In this document: piece after piece, positions 27,052 through 45,656 of the stretch
Numbering within the stretch: the stretch's first letter is position 1
How the letters are laid out: each line of letters starts with the position of its first letter
Source of the DNA: Auanema rhodensis
Taxonomy: Eukaryota > Animalia > Nematoda
Assembly (NCBI GenBank): GCA_964057225.1
Contig: OZ059899.1
Location: 15,810,001 to 15,874,000, forward strand
Length of the DNA stretch: 64,000 bases
Direction: 5' to 3'
Made by a program: the position numbers and the translations under genes
The notes under the pieces: generated by a model
Seen by the model: only the letters and a program-made list of their open reading frames with translations
The model's database searches: none
What the model was told of the DNA's origin: nothing

Positions 27052-28458
27052 TTATTTGGCGTTCTCTGACACTTTTCTGTTTACAGAATATGGAACTCTG
27101 ACGTTTTCATGAGGCAAATCGGATACTGAAGAAAAACAGGCGGAACATATAGCTTTTCTTCGTTTGGCAACAAGTTCTCGAACAGTACTTAAATCGGGAA
27201 AAAAACATATTTGAAATATTTGTCAAAACACCTATTGAAAAGAAGATAAGGAAGAGCTGAACATCCATTCCATAGAACCCACATGAACAAATTAGTTAAA
27301 GCTACGACATCCGTATACTTGATGAAGTAAACTTCAACCACTTCCCATACAAACAAACAGAGTATTTGATAAAAGCAGAAAGAGAAAACCTTAATTACAG
27401 TACTCAGTTATCATTTCATAAACATCCCGAGTATTAGGGATATTTTAAAAGGTTGTAATGGTCCTATAAGGAACTCACCAGTACCGTAATTCGAACCTCA
27501 TAATTTCTGATTAAAATTGAGGATCTCTGAAAATCAAGAAAAATCAAACAGAAAACGATAAGGAATGAGAAAATGGAATATACCTTACAAAACAAAAAAG
27601 TGAACATAAACAAGTAAGCAATTGTATTAACGAAAGCTGATAAATAATTAGTTATGATATCGATTATTGCACAATATTTACTCCATGGATGCTCGACTAC
27701 GTAATGCCATGATAACCTGCAAAACATTTGTCTTATTCATATTTTGAATATCATTGGCATAATGACCATTTAACTGAAAATGTCATAGCTGACATGCCTG
27801 ACATATTTAAAAGAAAATACATCAGATAAAAACTGCATATGCAACACAACAGGAACTGAAAATCATTGACTTTTGATTCATTTAAGTATCGTACCTTCAA
27901 GAGATTGGGCGGCATTATGTTGGCAGCTTTAAAAGGAAATAAGGTCCAAACAAGACGATGGAGAGTTAAAAATAATGTGAAGATTACCATTGTTATCCAA
28001 CTTGATGTCATGAGGGCTCCCAAGGTCTGTAAAAGTCTGAAAATGCTGTAACAAATACTCTATATCCTTACAAAATGCATGCTGAAATCAGGTTCATAAA
28101 GGCTCTTAGAGAATTGAGTTGAGATATTTTCTGGACTATGAAGAGATAGCTGAAAATAAACACCTGATATAGGTGAAAAGATTCAGAATTTATACACACC
28201 GAATACATACGATATTCCAAAAACAGTAGAATTCCAGAAACACAATGAATACTCAATTGAACTATATCAGTTATTCCTATGCAAAACATTAGAGTAAAAG
28301 CGAAACTTGAATCATATCCACAGCATGGTCGAATAACCTGGAACATTTGTTCACTACCATGCTTTTCTCTAAAGGCTCACAGTGATGAAGGCCAACTGTA
28401 TTAGCAGAAAGATGACTGCCGTAATCGACAGGAAGATCCCAAAAAGGCCAACTAACAT
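27052..28458 (-). CDS. Nematode serpentine 7TM chemoreceptor (srx/srt-like superfamily)
   Basis: Multi-exon hydrophobic protein containing FTLMFCIGITDIVQLSIH, FLTLHRLVWTLFP and the C-terminal YLIFFNSTVRE. Class not resolved. Confidence 0.8.
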
Positions 28459-28787
28459 GTTATCAAGAAAAGAAGAAAAATGAGAGCACAACTATTTATT
28501 AAAGCAACTTCTTAACTCGACTGTTGTGACACAATAAACGAAATTGAATCCGGAGGGTGTATATTCAGGAATAACAATAAACACAATTGTTAGACAAAAA
28601 AAGCAAGTATAACGCAATGTCATTACCCACACAGGTACCAAACTGTTGTAGTATAGCTGTAAACAGGCAACGCAATAATATAAGAGATACAGAAAACTCA
28701 TGAAAATTTAATTTACAAGACGTATTTTCAACACGTGGTTCAAAAACAATACGGAGCTAATTTGACAGATGATCTACAGTAGGTAAT

Positions 28788-29411
<624 letters not shown>

Positions 29412-29593
29412 CTTCTGAAGTGTAGTTATTCGTTAACTACTTCACCTTCCATGAGAACGCTTTAATGAGAAGCAGCGTTTAAAACGAGAGAACACAAAAC
29501 TTTACAAAGTTGGAAAAACAAATTAAACCACGCCTCTTGGGCCAGCCCAAGAAATAAAATGATTTATCATTTTCCCATTTACGCAAAATTCAT

Positions 29594-29612
29594 ATTTTTT
29601 GCCGCGCGCGAA
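29594..29612. promoter_or_regulatory. E2F/DREAM-like site in the divergent HP1 / jhdm-1 promoter
   Basis: TTTTTGCCGCGCGCGAA, an isolated CpG cluster in AT-rich intergenic DNA. Confidence 0.45.
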
Positions 29613-30164
29613 TGTGCCAATTAGCATTGGAGCTGAGTTCACTCCAAAGGCTCGCTAACTTAGCCTGATCAGTTTGATGTTTATCTTTAATATGAATATA
29701 TCGATTGTTTGGCATCTTTCTTATTAAAATAAAATTCTCGGATCTGTTGTAATTATTTGGATCATTAAAGTTTATTGCTATGATAACTCTTGATTTCATT
29801 TTGTTTTATTAGTGATATATAAATTTGCATAGCATTATAATTAAGCCTTGCCATAAAGGTTATTAAGAGTATTAGATATGGTAATCTCTCGATCATTGCT
29901 TGTATCCTTATTCTATCTGATTTATCTAAAGCTATTTCACATTTCTGTGATGGAGAAAGAGCTCTGATGCATCTTATCGAAGCTTATAATAGTTATTGGT
30001 AAAATTAATTTGCATATTCAGTTTAATTTTTTCCAAATATTTTTAAAAGCATTATACGGGAGTTAATTTTTGCTCATTCTTCTCCTGAAATTCAAATGTC
30101 AATTAAATGTATATTATAATTTTGAGAAAAAATAGATCTTTTAATTATGTCCTTATAGCTTGCT

Positions 30165-34777
<4,613 letters not shown>

Positions 34778-35065
34778 ATAGAAAATCAAAATATTTTATG
34801 TCATGAATAATTAACCGAGAGCTTTTTGTTCCCCATTGTTGTCTATTTTTTGCCCAATATCTATGATTGTTTTATTTTCTAAAAGATAACTGTTGAAATT
34901 TTTACGAGCATTGATCTCGTCGTCATGAACTTTTGAAACGAAAAATGTCATTGAATTTATCTTTACCTCAATATATATATACATATATATGTTTATATTT
35001 TTACACATACACGCACATATATAATGTCTTGTTTCCAAGCTCTGAAGAATTAATATATTTTTATT

Positions 35066-35179
35066 AATAAAAATCTTTGGAATAATTCAATTGTTTTACT
35101 TTGATGTACATTAATACGGTACTAACCATAATTATCAAATCGATGTAACAAGTGTCGCCGCATCTTCATTTCATTTCAG
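35066..35179 (+). promoter_or_regulatory. Operon-type intercistronic region (poly(A) signal to trans-splice acceptor)
   Basis: AATAAA 35066-71, U-rich tract with TACTTT 35097-35102, TTTCAG 35174-79, ATG at 35198. The ~100-nt spacing is typical of SL2 operons. Confidence 0.65.
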
Positions 35180-35197
35180 ATTTCGCAGTATCTGTGT

Positions 35198-35659
35198 ATG
35201 ACTGAATTAGAGGAACTTGAAAAACTTCTTTTCTTTCTTTCTAGAACTAAGGTATAACGAATTTTATAAGTGCTTTAATGAATTATTTACTAAAGGATAG
35301 CCACGTTTACGTTCAGGATACAGGCAGTAGTGCATACTTTAAGAAGCCTACTACTAACGTGATAGCTGAAACACGAAGTAAGTATCAAATGGGAAAAAAA
35401 TATATAGACATCTAGGTTTCTTGAAGATAAATTCGAAAATTTTTCTTTTATTTTAGTTGTTCGTTCTTATATTTTTTGAGAACTGCAACCAACCGCTCAT
35501 CGTTTAATCAAAAATTTGAAATGAGTAATAAATGTATTTGCCACGTGTTTCACGTATAGTTATAGATATCCACATTTAAACTTTTTAAATTATTTGGTGC
35601 ATCAGGTTTTTTTAGAAAAAATAGCACATCTGAAGAAGCAATCCATCCAGAAACAGTAA
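35198..35659 (+). CDS. 59-aa spliced microprotein, prefoldin-beta/ASDURF-like, directly upstream of ALG1
   Basis: Exons 35198-35251, 35296-35377 and 35616-35659, all GT-AG and in frame: MTELEELEKLLFFLSRTK|DSHVYVQDTGSSAYFKKPTTNVIAETR|KKIAHLKKQSIQKQ*. Helix, VY..Q..S..YF hairpin, helix pattern. Confidence 0.72.
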
Positions 35660-35663
35660 CGTT

Positions 35664-37818
35664 ATGACTAGTTCTAAAAAAGCCGTTGTTGTTGTACTGG
35701 GGGACATCGGGCGGAGCCCACGGATGTGCTATCATTCGTATTCTCTTGCACAAGAGTTGAATTATGATGTTACCATAATAGGCTATTTAGACACTCGACC
35801 TCATTTTAGTATTGATGGGCATCCTAAGATTAAGTAAATATCTTTTTACTTTATATGGAAATGTATATTAAATATTTAGATGTAAGCCATTGGCTTCACC
35901 TCCTGATATTTTGAGTAAACTTCCAGGAACTTTTCAATTGGGTATTAAGTTTATATGGACCTTTTTCCAGCTTTTTTGGGCTTTGCTAATTGGGTAAAAT
36001 GATTTTATTTCTTTATCATGAAATCGGAAATATTGTAGTACCAGTGTTTCTCTGGATTTGATTCTTCTTCAAAACCCTCCTGCCATACCTACAATGCTTG
36101 TCTGTTGGATGGTAATTATAATGAATAAATGAATATATTCTTATATTTTAAAATTAATTGCAGATTTCTCGCTTAAAAGGCGCAAAATTTGTAATTGATT
36201 GGCATAATTATATGTATACTGTTATGACGGATAAATGGAGTAAGTTTAAATCAATGTCTGAGCAAATTGGCAATTAAGGGAACTAACTTAAAGGCTTTTT
36301 ATGAAATATGTATATATATTCGGTTGATTTCGATTGTATTTTAGAATTAGGAAAGTTAGATCTTTCGCCAGAATCTTCCCATGAACCTGAGCCTTCTAAA
36401 GATACGTCAACAGTGAAGAAAAGACCCGGAAAAGATGTAAGTTCATGTAATTTGAAGTTACATCTTATTATTGTGATGATATAGCCTTTAATACCTCCTC
36501 GAAAAAAGAAAACACACGAAAGGAAGGAGAAAAAGTCCACTAAACGAAGGTTGTTTTCTTAAAATATTGAATTAATTCTTTCAATTTCTGTTAAAGAATT
36601 GTCGAATTTGTTTATAAATGGGAAGGATACTTTGGTCGTCTTGCTGACGGAGCACTATGTGTTACTAGGGCAATGAGGGAAAACCTCGCATCCAGTTGGG
36701 GCATCAGAGCCGCCGTTCTATACGATCGACCTCCAAGTTGGTCTTTCGGTGAAGTGGCTGATGCTGAGAAACATGAACTGTTCATGCGCCTCGGCGCTAC
36801 TCCAGATGGCAAGGTATTTCAAGCGAATCCAGAGACAAATGGTGAGTTAGAGCTTAACGAATTCAAGTGAGAACTTAGAATCCCTTAGAAAGTCGTTTTA
36901 CTTCATTGGAAAATGAGGAAGTACTCTGGAACACAACACGACCGTTGATCGTGATCTCGTCAACAAGTTGGACCCCAGATGAAGACTTCTCCATCTTATT
37001 GGATGCTGCTATCAAGTATAACGATGTGGCCAGACTATGTAGAAATGAGTTCGCTTATTTGATGGATTTAGTTTTTTCACTCTATTCAATTTCAGTTCTC
37101 CTGAAAATTACTTACCAAACCTTCTCATGATAATCACTGGACGTGGCGAAGAGAAAGAGTATTATTTAGATCGTATTAGACGCTTACATTTAGAAAAAGT
37201 AGAGGTGAAAATCCTTTTTCAATCTAAAATTTGAATATATTAATCTATAGTTCTTAACGCCATGGCTGGAAGCCGAAGATTATCCCAAAATGCTAGCAGC
37301 TTCTGATATCGGAGTTTCTTTGCATACTTCAACATCAGGTATACTTATAGTTTATGGCTGTGTTCATACAAAATAAGAACAAATTTTGCTCAGGCCTTGA
37401 TCTACCTATGAAAGCTGTTGATATGCTTGGCTCCGGTATTCCAGTTCTTGCTAAGCGCTTTGATTGTATAGGAGAACTCATCCAAGAAGATGTCAATGGG
37501 CATCTTTTCGATAATTCGTCGGATCTTTTCCGCATTCTTTTATCTCTGGCTACTGGATTTCCAAAACACTCCGAGGTTCACTTCCCTTAAACTTTCGTCC
37601 AAACTTCTATACTTTAGACACTCAATAAACTCAAGCTCAATGTCCAATCGGACAAGCTGCCAAGTTGGGAAGAGAATTGGAAAACGTCTGTCGTGTCAGT
37701 TGTAACACCGGAGAGAAATATTCATTTTGATAGAATTCTAGCTAAGTAAATATGAACTTCCGTGATTTTATAACTTCCTGGCCGTTTCAGTGAGCCATTA
37801 ACAGATAGTGACGATTAA
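35664..37818 (+). CDS. algn-1: Chitobiosyldiphosphodolichol beta-mannosyltransferase ALG1
   Basis: Contains [58 protein letters not shown] and [22 protein letters not shown]. Starts without an obvious N-terminal TM helix. Confidence 0.95.
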
Positions 37819-38025
37819 TATTATCTAAGTCAGTTGTTTTCTCTATTATCGGGTTTATGCTGTTATGTTTGATAAATTATTCTCCACTTTATGACTAAAG
37901 CAAGCTTCTTAAACAACCGTAATATGAGGAAAATCCTATATTTACTTGAATATATAAATATTTTATTAAGATAAACAACAAATTCCTTCTTAAGTAGTTC
38001 TTTTTTTCATTAAATTAACATGTAG

Positions 38026-38907
38026 TTATGCAGCTTCATTACTTTGCGTAGTTTGTTCTTCTATTGAACTTGGTAGATAGCGAACTTTTTTGCGGAAAAT
38101 ATTCTCATTAGCCAGAAAATGCTCAGCCTGATCATGGGTCCACTTAATTATCTAAAGCAAAGCTGTAAATCTAAAGCTAAATGGTAATTACTTTTTCCGT
38201 GATTCTATGATCGCCCAATTCTGGAAGATTGTGGTTATGCTTGTGGGAAGGACCAGCTTGAAATCCTGCACGTTCGTCAATCTTAATAGAAATTCATGAG
38301 CGGGAAGGCCCTAACAGTCGGTAATTAATGGAAAATATTGTTTTCCAACTAGAATATTTTGGATGTACCTTAACAAAATATTGAATAAGACCGGGATTAT
38401 CTTCGTATCGTTGACAAACGTGATGAATAATGCCATCATCTACTGTTTCACCTATGTTCATGAGAATGCCATCATTTGTCTCGTTGGAATAGTAACAACC
38501 TGAGAGTATGTTCCAATATTTTACATCATATCTCTTAGTTGAAGCTTGCCTGTTACCCATTGTCCTGTCTCTAAACATTTCCATTGGAAACGATCTTTTC
38601 TATAAATCTCTTCGATGCGTCTTAGCGTCCCATCAACAAAGCAATGTGGTTCTATATAAAGAAAACAGAAGAACACGTATCATTAGTCATGTTGTTCGTT
38701 ATTCACATACCCGATTCTATTCTTAAAGCTATGTCGTCAACAGAGCAGGAATGCCAAAGATCATTGATAGAACGATTTTCACCAACTTTGACAAATCCAC
38801 CACCTTGTATTTCACATCCCATGAATAAGGCATCGGCTCTAAAGCAACATAAAGGTGAATCGAGAACTGAAGACGAATGATGGTTAGATGAGATTATTTT
38901 CTTGAGA

Positions 38908-38995
<88 letters not shown>

Positions 38996-39601
38996 GGACG
39001 AAGAGTACAATGCTAACTTACCGATCACTACCTTGGCATTCATACTTCCAGGTCTCATCATCAATCCAATTTTCACCTCTTTTACGACAATCACCATACC
39101 AATCCAAGCAATCACATTCGCTATTAACTATAATACTCATACGATCCAACACTAGATTAATTGTTTTTTAAAGGTTTAGGTTCATGACTTAGTCATGATG
39201 AACCAAAAAAAAATGAAAATAAGACTTTGAGTTCACACTGATTATGTTATTTCTTGTGATTGGACGGGTTAGAAAGACTATAATTTGTCTCGATGCTTGA
39301 ATATCATTCAGTCCATTTCGATCGTATAATATTTTCTGGCATATTCTTCCAGAATTCTCCATTTTTTATTTTTGATCTGCCCCCAACTCCCCACCTTTCC
39401 CTAAAATTCACTCAACTTTCTCACTCGAATTTCGTATGAATGAGGGAAAAGCTTGAAATAACTTATAATTCGGAATATGCATAACAAAAGCAAAAAGATG
39501 AACAAACCTGGTGAGAATGAAGCAAATGGACCGGCTATTGGAACGGCTGAAGTCGAAAAGACAACGAAGGCTATTAATGGAAACACATGACCAAGGATCA
39601 T
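38026..39601 (-). CDS. Secreted nematode protein with short Cys-pair beta-repeats (MIG-18 / fibronectin type I-like)
   Basis: Signal peptide MILGHVFPLIAFVVFSTSA. Repeats CLDWYGDCRKRGENWIDDETWKYEC, CEIQGGGFVKVGENRSINDLWHSC, CFVDGTLRRIEEIYRKDRFQWKC and CYYSNETNDGILMNIGETVDDGIIHHVC. Splicing of exons 2-3 is uncertain. Confidence 0.7.
38911..38991. repeat. (GA)~40 microsatellite in an intron
   Basis: Direct reading. It explains the spurious poly-RE and poly-SL ORFs here. Confidence 0.95.
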
Positions 39602-42130
39602 CTGCAGGATGATTTAAACGAAAAAAAAACGAAATCATCTAAATATTATCATCACCATTACAAAGAAATATTGCGTTTTTAAGAAATATAAGAGTTTATG
39701 AGATCAAATGGATTTTTGTCTTGATTGTTATAACTTTTTCCAAGATATTAATCCCTTTACTGGTTCTCTAATATTCTTTTTTAACACCTCAAAGTTTCTC
39801 TTTTCCTCTTTTTCACGTTCTAATTTCCTTTTTTTGTTTGGAATGACTCTAATAGACAATGTATCAACGTTTTTTCTTTTTCTGGACTTCTCTTCCTTGT
39901 CAATTCGTTTACTATTTTCTTTGTTTTTTTCCTTTTTGTCGTTGGTCTTTCTGGTTGCTTTCTGGAATTTGAGAGGAGCCCTGCCTACACAGATTGGTAA
40001 GCGACATGCTGTATCAGCTAGTTGATATGTTGTATATGGAAGTGAGCGTTGAACCAGAATTCGAGACGGGTATCCAACAGACTGACAGCCCAATCAAACT
40101 CAGACGGATCATGTGTGTGTGTGTATGTGTGTGTGCTTGAGTTTTGAAAGTCTTCTTCCGATTCTATACATAGTACTACAACTGCTTCAATTATACAATT
40201 TAAAAAAAAAGGCAGTGTCGCTTTGTTTTTCTGTGACATGTTTCTAAACTGTTCAACTTATTTTCCGAATAGGCATGAAGCTATGCCCTTTTTTAAAGCG
40301 ACCCCCGTAAAATTGAATGCATGCCTTTTAAGAACCAGCTGCATATGTGTGGGCTTGTATCGTCTTTTTTTTAATGTTTGCTGACAATATTTATAAAATG
40401 AAAGGTCATAACATTCGCAGTGCACGCTCAAGTCCAAGTTTTGAATTATGCTGCTAGTATGGAAAGTTCAAACTGTATTTGAACTAGCCAAAGGCCAAAT
40501 ACATATATGCAATGAAAAAGCTATTAATCATCTCAGAGGTTTTCAATAATATCAATTTGTTTTGAATATATCTGAATACTTAAGATTAAGACAGAGGGAG
40601 AGAAGGGGGGAAACACAAGGTGGCAGATGAGAAGTAATGTAGTAAGCAAGGGTAGCCAATCTCAACTAATACTCTATAACATGTCGGTCATATTTAAATA
40701 TATTTCCGATCATTTATTTTTAAACGAAAATAATATAAATACTATACAAACTAAAGTTATTCCAAACTATTTTTCATAAGCCTTATACTACAGAGATTGT
40801 GTGTAAGATATGTAGTAGTAAAGTAGGATAGAGAGCTTGTTCTAATAGTTGTACGCAAGCGTTAAGTTATAAATCATTTGTCACCCCATATTTGAGCAAT
40901 TCTCAGCAATTCTATCTGTATATACATACATGTATGTATCTCTGTATGTATGTGTATGTGTATGTGTGTGTGTTATGTCTATGTATATACATAGATGTCC
41001 ATCTGTATATTTTTTTTATTCATTTGTGTTGGTCAACTTAATTTACTTTACCACTTACTTACTCACTCACTCATTCACTTTTCACATTTTTCAGCTTCAA
41101 CATTCATCACGCACTCTATCCTACTTCTTTCTTTCATATTGTACTGTTTCTTTTATTGCTATTTCCAGCTATTACTACTACAACAACTAACTACAACTGC
41201 TGCTGCTGCTTCTGCTGTTGCTGCAATTGCTGACTCCCTTCAGTTTTCATTATTGTAGCTTAGCTTCATTTAGTAGTTTGAACTAGAGCTTATTATGTTT
41301 TTTTCGCGCCATCTACTTAAAATACGTAGTAAAAATAATAAAATTATATAATAAATTATTAAATCTTAATTAATTCAAAAGAATAAGCATAATTAACAGC
41401 GCCTACATACATATAACGATTTTGATAATCTTCCTACCTATCGTCCTGCCTCTCTATTTGTAAACAAAGATAAATTAGAGAGAATTCAAAACAAATAATA
41501 AAGTTACTAAGTAGTTACGTATAATGCATATCTTGGTAAGTCAAATCAAGTATGCTAAGCTAATGTATTATATATATATATATATATATATCAGTGCTTT
41601 AAAGATAATTTATTAAGAATAATACTATCAGCAGCTCTATTAAGATGCAGGAAACAGTGATATTTGCTAAATCATTTGTATAATTATGTATATGTATTAA
41701 AGAAGGGGGGGGGGAAGGAAGGAAAATATCATTTGTATAATTTCATACAAATGGTAATTCAAAAGGAAAATTTGAATGCAACCGAATGAACGAACGACCG
41801 ACCGATCTCATTTGAATTTTTCGTGCAAAATGATTTGTTCTGATGATGATAATGCAGATGGATAAATTACCTGTGATGACGTGAATGACGTGAAAAATGT
41901 GATAATTTCGTATGCAAATGAGTTGTTACACAGAAGAATAAACGATCAGTTGTTATTGTGATAGTAATAGATGTAGAAGTAGTTGATTTGTAATAGTAAT
42001 AGTAGTAATAGTTAAAAGACTTCTTCCTAATAGACTAGAAAAAAGGCGTGAGAATTAAAAAGCTAAGTGATAGATAATTGTTTAGATAAAAGCTTGCTTG
42101 TAATATGAATTTTAGAACATGATAATGCTG

Positions 42131-42168
<38 letters not shown>

Positions 42169-44442
42169 GAGTATTATACGGAAAGATACAGGTTCTCGAG
42201 TCAGCTATGTAATCATCCAGTTTATATGTAATAAGTCTGATATGTGTATGTCTTTTATTGTCTTTCCTTTTGGAATATCTCTTTTCTTCTTTTTATAGAT
42301 CTACTTATTCTTCTTTGCACCTCATTCTTATCTAATTTGAATAATATCCAGATTCAGTGGTCAAAAATCGTTTGATGAAAACCTGATCAGCTTCATCTTT
42401 AACATTTTTTTTGGTCATTTCCGTTCAAAAATCATCATCAAACCTTATACATAGTCATCTTATATTCAAACCAAAATTCTTAGAATAAATACTTCTCTAT
42501 CTACTTAGAAGATTACATCAACATGACTCTTCTGTCCCTCATTTTTGCTTTTCAGGGTGAAAAGGCATGGCGAATTGCTTGTTTTCTAAGGACCTATCAG
42601 AGAAAGCTTTGAAAGACACTAATCTCTACTTGTAGCCCATCTCAACATGTATTATGATGTTGTTTGAAGTCAAAATTAATTGTTCGTCTATATGAACTTC
42701 GTGTTTTGCTTTACTTGTTAAGCTACAAATGAAACAACGTCGTCGTCCACCCACAGAGCAAAAGAGCAAAACTGAGAAATCCTTTTCTTTTTTTTCAAAA
42801 AAAAAAAAAAAAAATGATTACATTACCTTCCTGTCATCTATGTTGTTTTTTTCTTTTTCTTCTCCATCTTCTCGTTCGTTTTCTCAGATATCGACAAGAA
42901 AAAGAGCTGAGTTCCTAACTACAAATGGCTTTTCCTGTTCACGATGATGGCGATTGGTGACAATAAACACGAAAATTTGCGCAAATTTACGAAATAAATA
43001 CAAATGCCAGATGGCTAGCTGTCTTCCTAGACTATAAGCTATTAAGAAAAAGATTTTAGCTATGAATTGAAAAGTTGAACCACTGCGACAAGTTAGTGCG
43101 ATAAACAGGCCGGATATACATAGCTACTACTTTGGCTGTTGTGGTCGCCAAGAGAAGTCGTTCAACTTCAAATAAATACAAATTATATTTGGTGAGAGCA
43201 AGTCCTTGATTCAAACAATCAAAATATCACAGATATCTTAGTTTAGTGGGGTGGAAGTATGTATTAGATACACAGATTCAACTGTGTACACACATCTATG
43301 ATAGAACCAATTACTTCCAATATCTCTAAGCTATTGATAGCTATATCTAACGAAGTAGATTATCTAAGCATTTGTTATGAATGTAAGTATGTTTACATGA
43401 TAGATACATATTACAACCTCAAGAATAATAAGAAACAACATTCCGATTTGAAAGCTTTCACAGAATTTATTATTATCTCTTCATACAGATGTTACTCATT
43501 GTCTTTTATTTCATATCCTGAAATATTGAAAACAAGTTCAACCATAAGAGTTGAGAGGATTCATCCTAACACCCACGATGACAAGCATATGCTCAAACGT
43601 GGTGATCTTAATGATGTTGACGATGACAATGATAATAATCCTGTACTGAAGTTGACAACAACGATGGCACTTATGCTAGTAAAAACGAATTTACTTGTAT
43701 TGTCGTCAAACTGACGTATTGTGATAGAATCTCACTCACACGCTGCTTGTGGTAAAGCTCATTGCTGTCGCAATCATGAAGTTACTTCGTCATATCATGC
43801 AGCACTTATGTTCCATCCCTATTGAGACTCTTCAACACATCGTCCTACACATTTTTGCATGAAATAGCTTTGAGTGTGAGCAAAATATATTAAGAACTTA
43901 GGTTTAGAATAAGGAATTTTGAAGAAGGGAATTCTGAAGAGCTTTAGACGATCTCCACGTATTTATTTATGATTAGTTATTCCAAAAATATATATTCTTT
44001 TCGTTGTAACGCCAAATTGTTGTTGATGTGTTATGTATCTAATTATTTTATTTTAAACTAAAAACAACAAGTAATAATAATAATAATAATAATAAAAATA
44101 AATATTTAATTATAAAAAAATTTTTTTTTAAATGTAAAAATTCAAAGTTGAAAATTAAAAGATCACAAATGATTAGATTGTAGAGTATAACTTTGTTAGA
44201 ATAAAAATATTTTTTGTTTATTTTTATTTTATAATTTCTATCTACTCCTTTTCCGTTTTTTCAACTTTTTTGATACATCTGTCTTTCTTTTTCTTTTTTT
44301 TTCTTTTTTTTTCCAAGCAGAAAATATTATGATATAGGTTGATTGAAATATAGTATATGTTTATATATTTATATCTTAATATCTTAGTTTACAACTATAA
44401 GAAACTTTGTTTTATACGCTTTTTTTATTCTCCTCCCCTCGT

Positions 44443-44443
<1 letters not shown>

Positions 44444-44473
<30 letters not shown>

Positions 44474-44486
44474 ATCTCTCTCTATT

Positions 44487-44563
<77 letters not shown>

Positions 44564-44583
44564 TCCTCTTTCTCTCTCTCTCT
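44444..44583. repeat. Compound (CT)n/(CTCTCTCTAT)n microsatellite
   Basis: Direct reading; about 10-bp periodicity. Confidence 0.9.
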
Positions 44584-45656
44584 TAATTTTTGTTTTGTTT
44601 TTACTTCAAAAGCTAGTCAGCCAATAGTAAGATTACATGTCCATTTTTCGACTAACTTTCCATACGATTGTCTTCATATTTGTCACAGAAAATATGGAAA
44701 ATTGCTCAAAATCATTTCATTTCATGCTTAGAAAGATGAAACTTCTGAAGAAAACTTGCTCGTCTCTTCTTATTTGATTCCTTATACATTGAATCCAGTT
44801 ATTTGAAAAACATGCAGCACATAAATTGTGAATTCAGCCTAGGAATACTATGAAGACGATTGTAGAATTTTACAAAAAAAATGATTAAGAGTATTGGATA
44901 GAGAGAAAGAGGAAGAGAGGAGAGAGAGAAAGGAAGGTTTTGAGATAGAAAGGAACAGGGGAAGAGACACAAATGACAATCTTCCAATGATTTCTAACAC
45001 TAACAACTAAGAATTGCTGTGCTCAAAGCTCAAAAAAGAAATAGCTTTTCCGGGTTAGAGAGAAAACACAAAAAATTTTTTTTGCACCAAGAAAAAAAAA
45101 AAGAAAAAAAACTAATCCTGTTGTGTTTTGTATCAATATTTCCGGTGGAAGCTGGCTAATGCGCATATGTGGCTGGTGTGTAAAGTGTGGACCACTTAAC
45201 CATTTCAGGAGTTTTTCCTTTTTTTTAAATTTCTTTATTCAGTTCCTCTGATTAGTGGAAATCCTAGAGGCACTGCTAAGCTTTAGGTCGTTCTAAATAA
45301 GTTCTGAATAATTTTTGACTGATTTCCGTGTAGTTAAGCCAAGAACAGCAGAACAGATAAACTCAGATTGTACAAAACGTAGTGAAGCCTATATCCTGAG
45401 GCAGTTTTTCGTAAATATGCATAATCTCTTGTAGTGTTTTATTTCCTTTTTCATATCTTATTTAATCAAACTTTCTTTGATCTCTCACATAGACGTTTCC
45501 ATTAACCTTCGGTATTGCAGGATTCAATAACAAATTAGAACTAAGTGATCAAAGTTAAGTTAAAAGGGTATTTTTACTAGGTGGATATACATCTTTCTTC
45601 TCAATTTCAAAGCTATTTACATACCATCATACTGCTTTATCCAAGCTCACTGAAGA

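Noticed and set aside
38894-39171. Poly-RE and poly-SL ORFs (also 44357-44731, 46470-46760, 47991-48236)
   Set aside because: Translations of GA/CT microsatellites.
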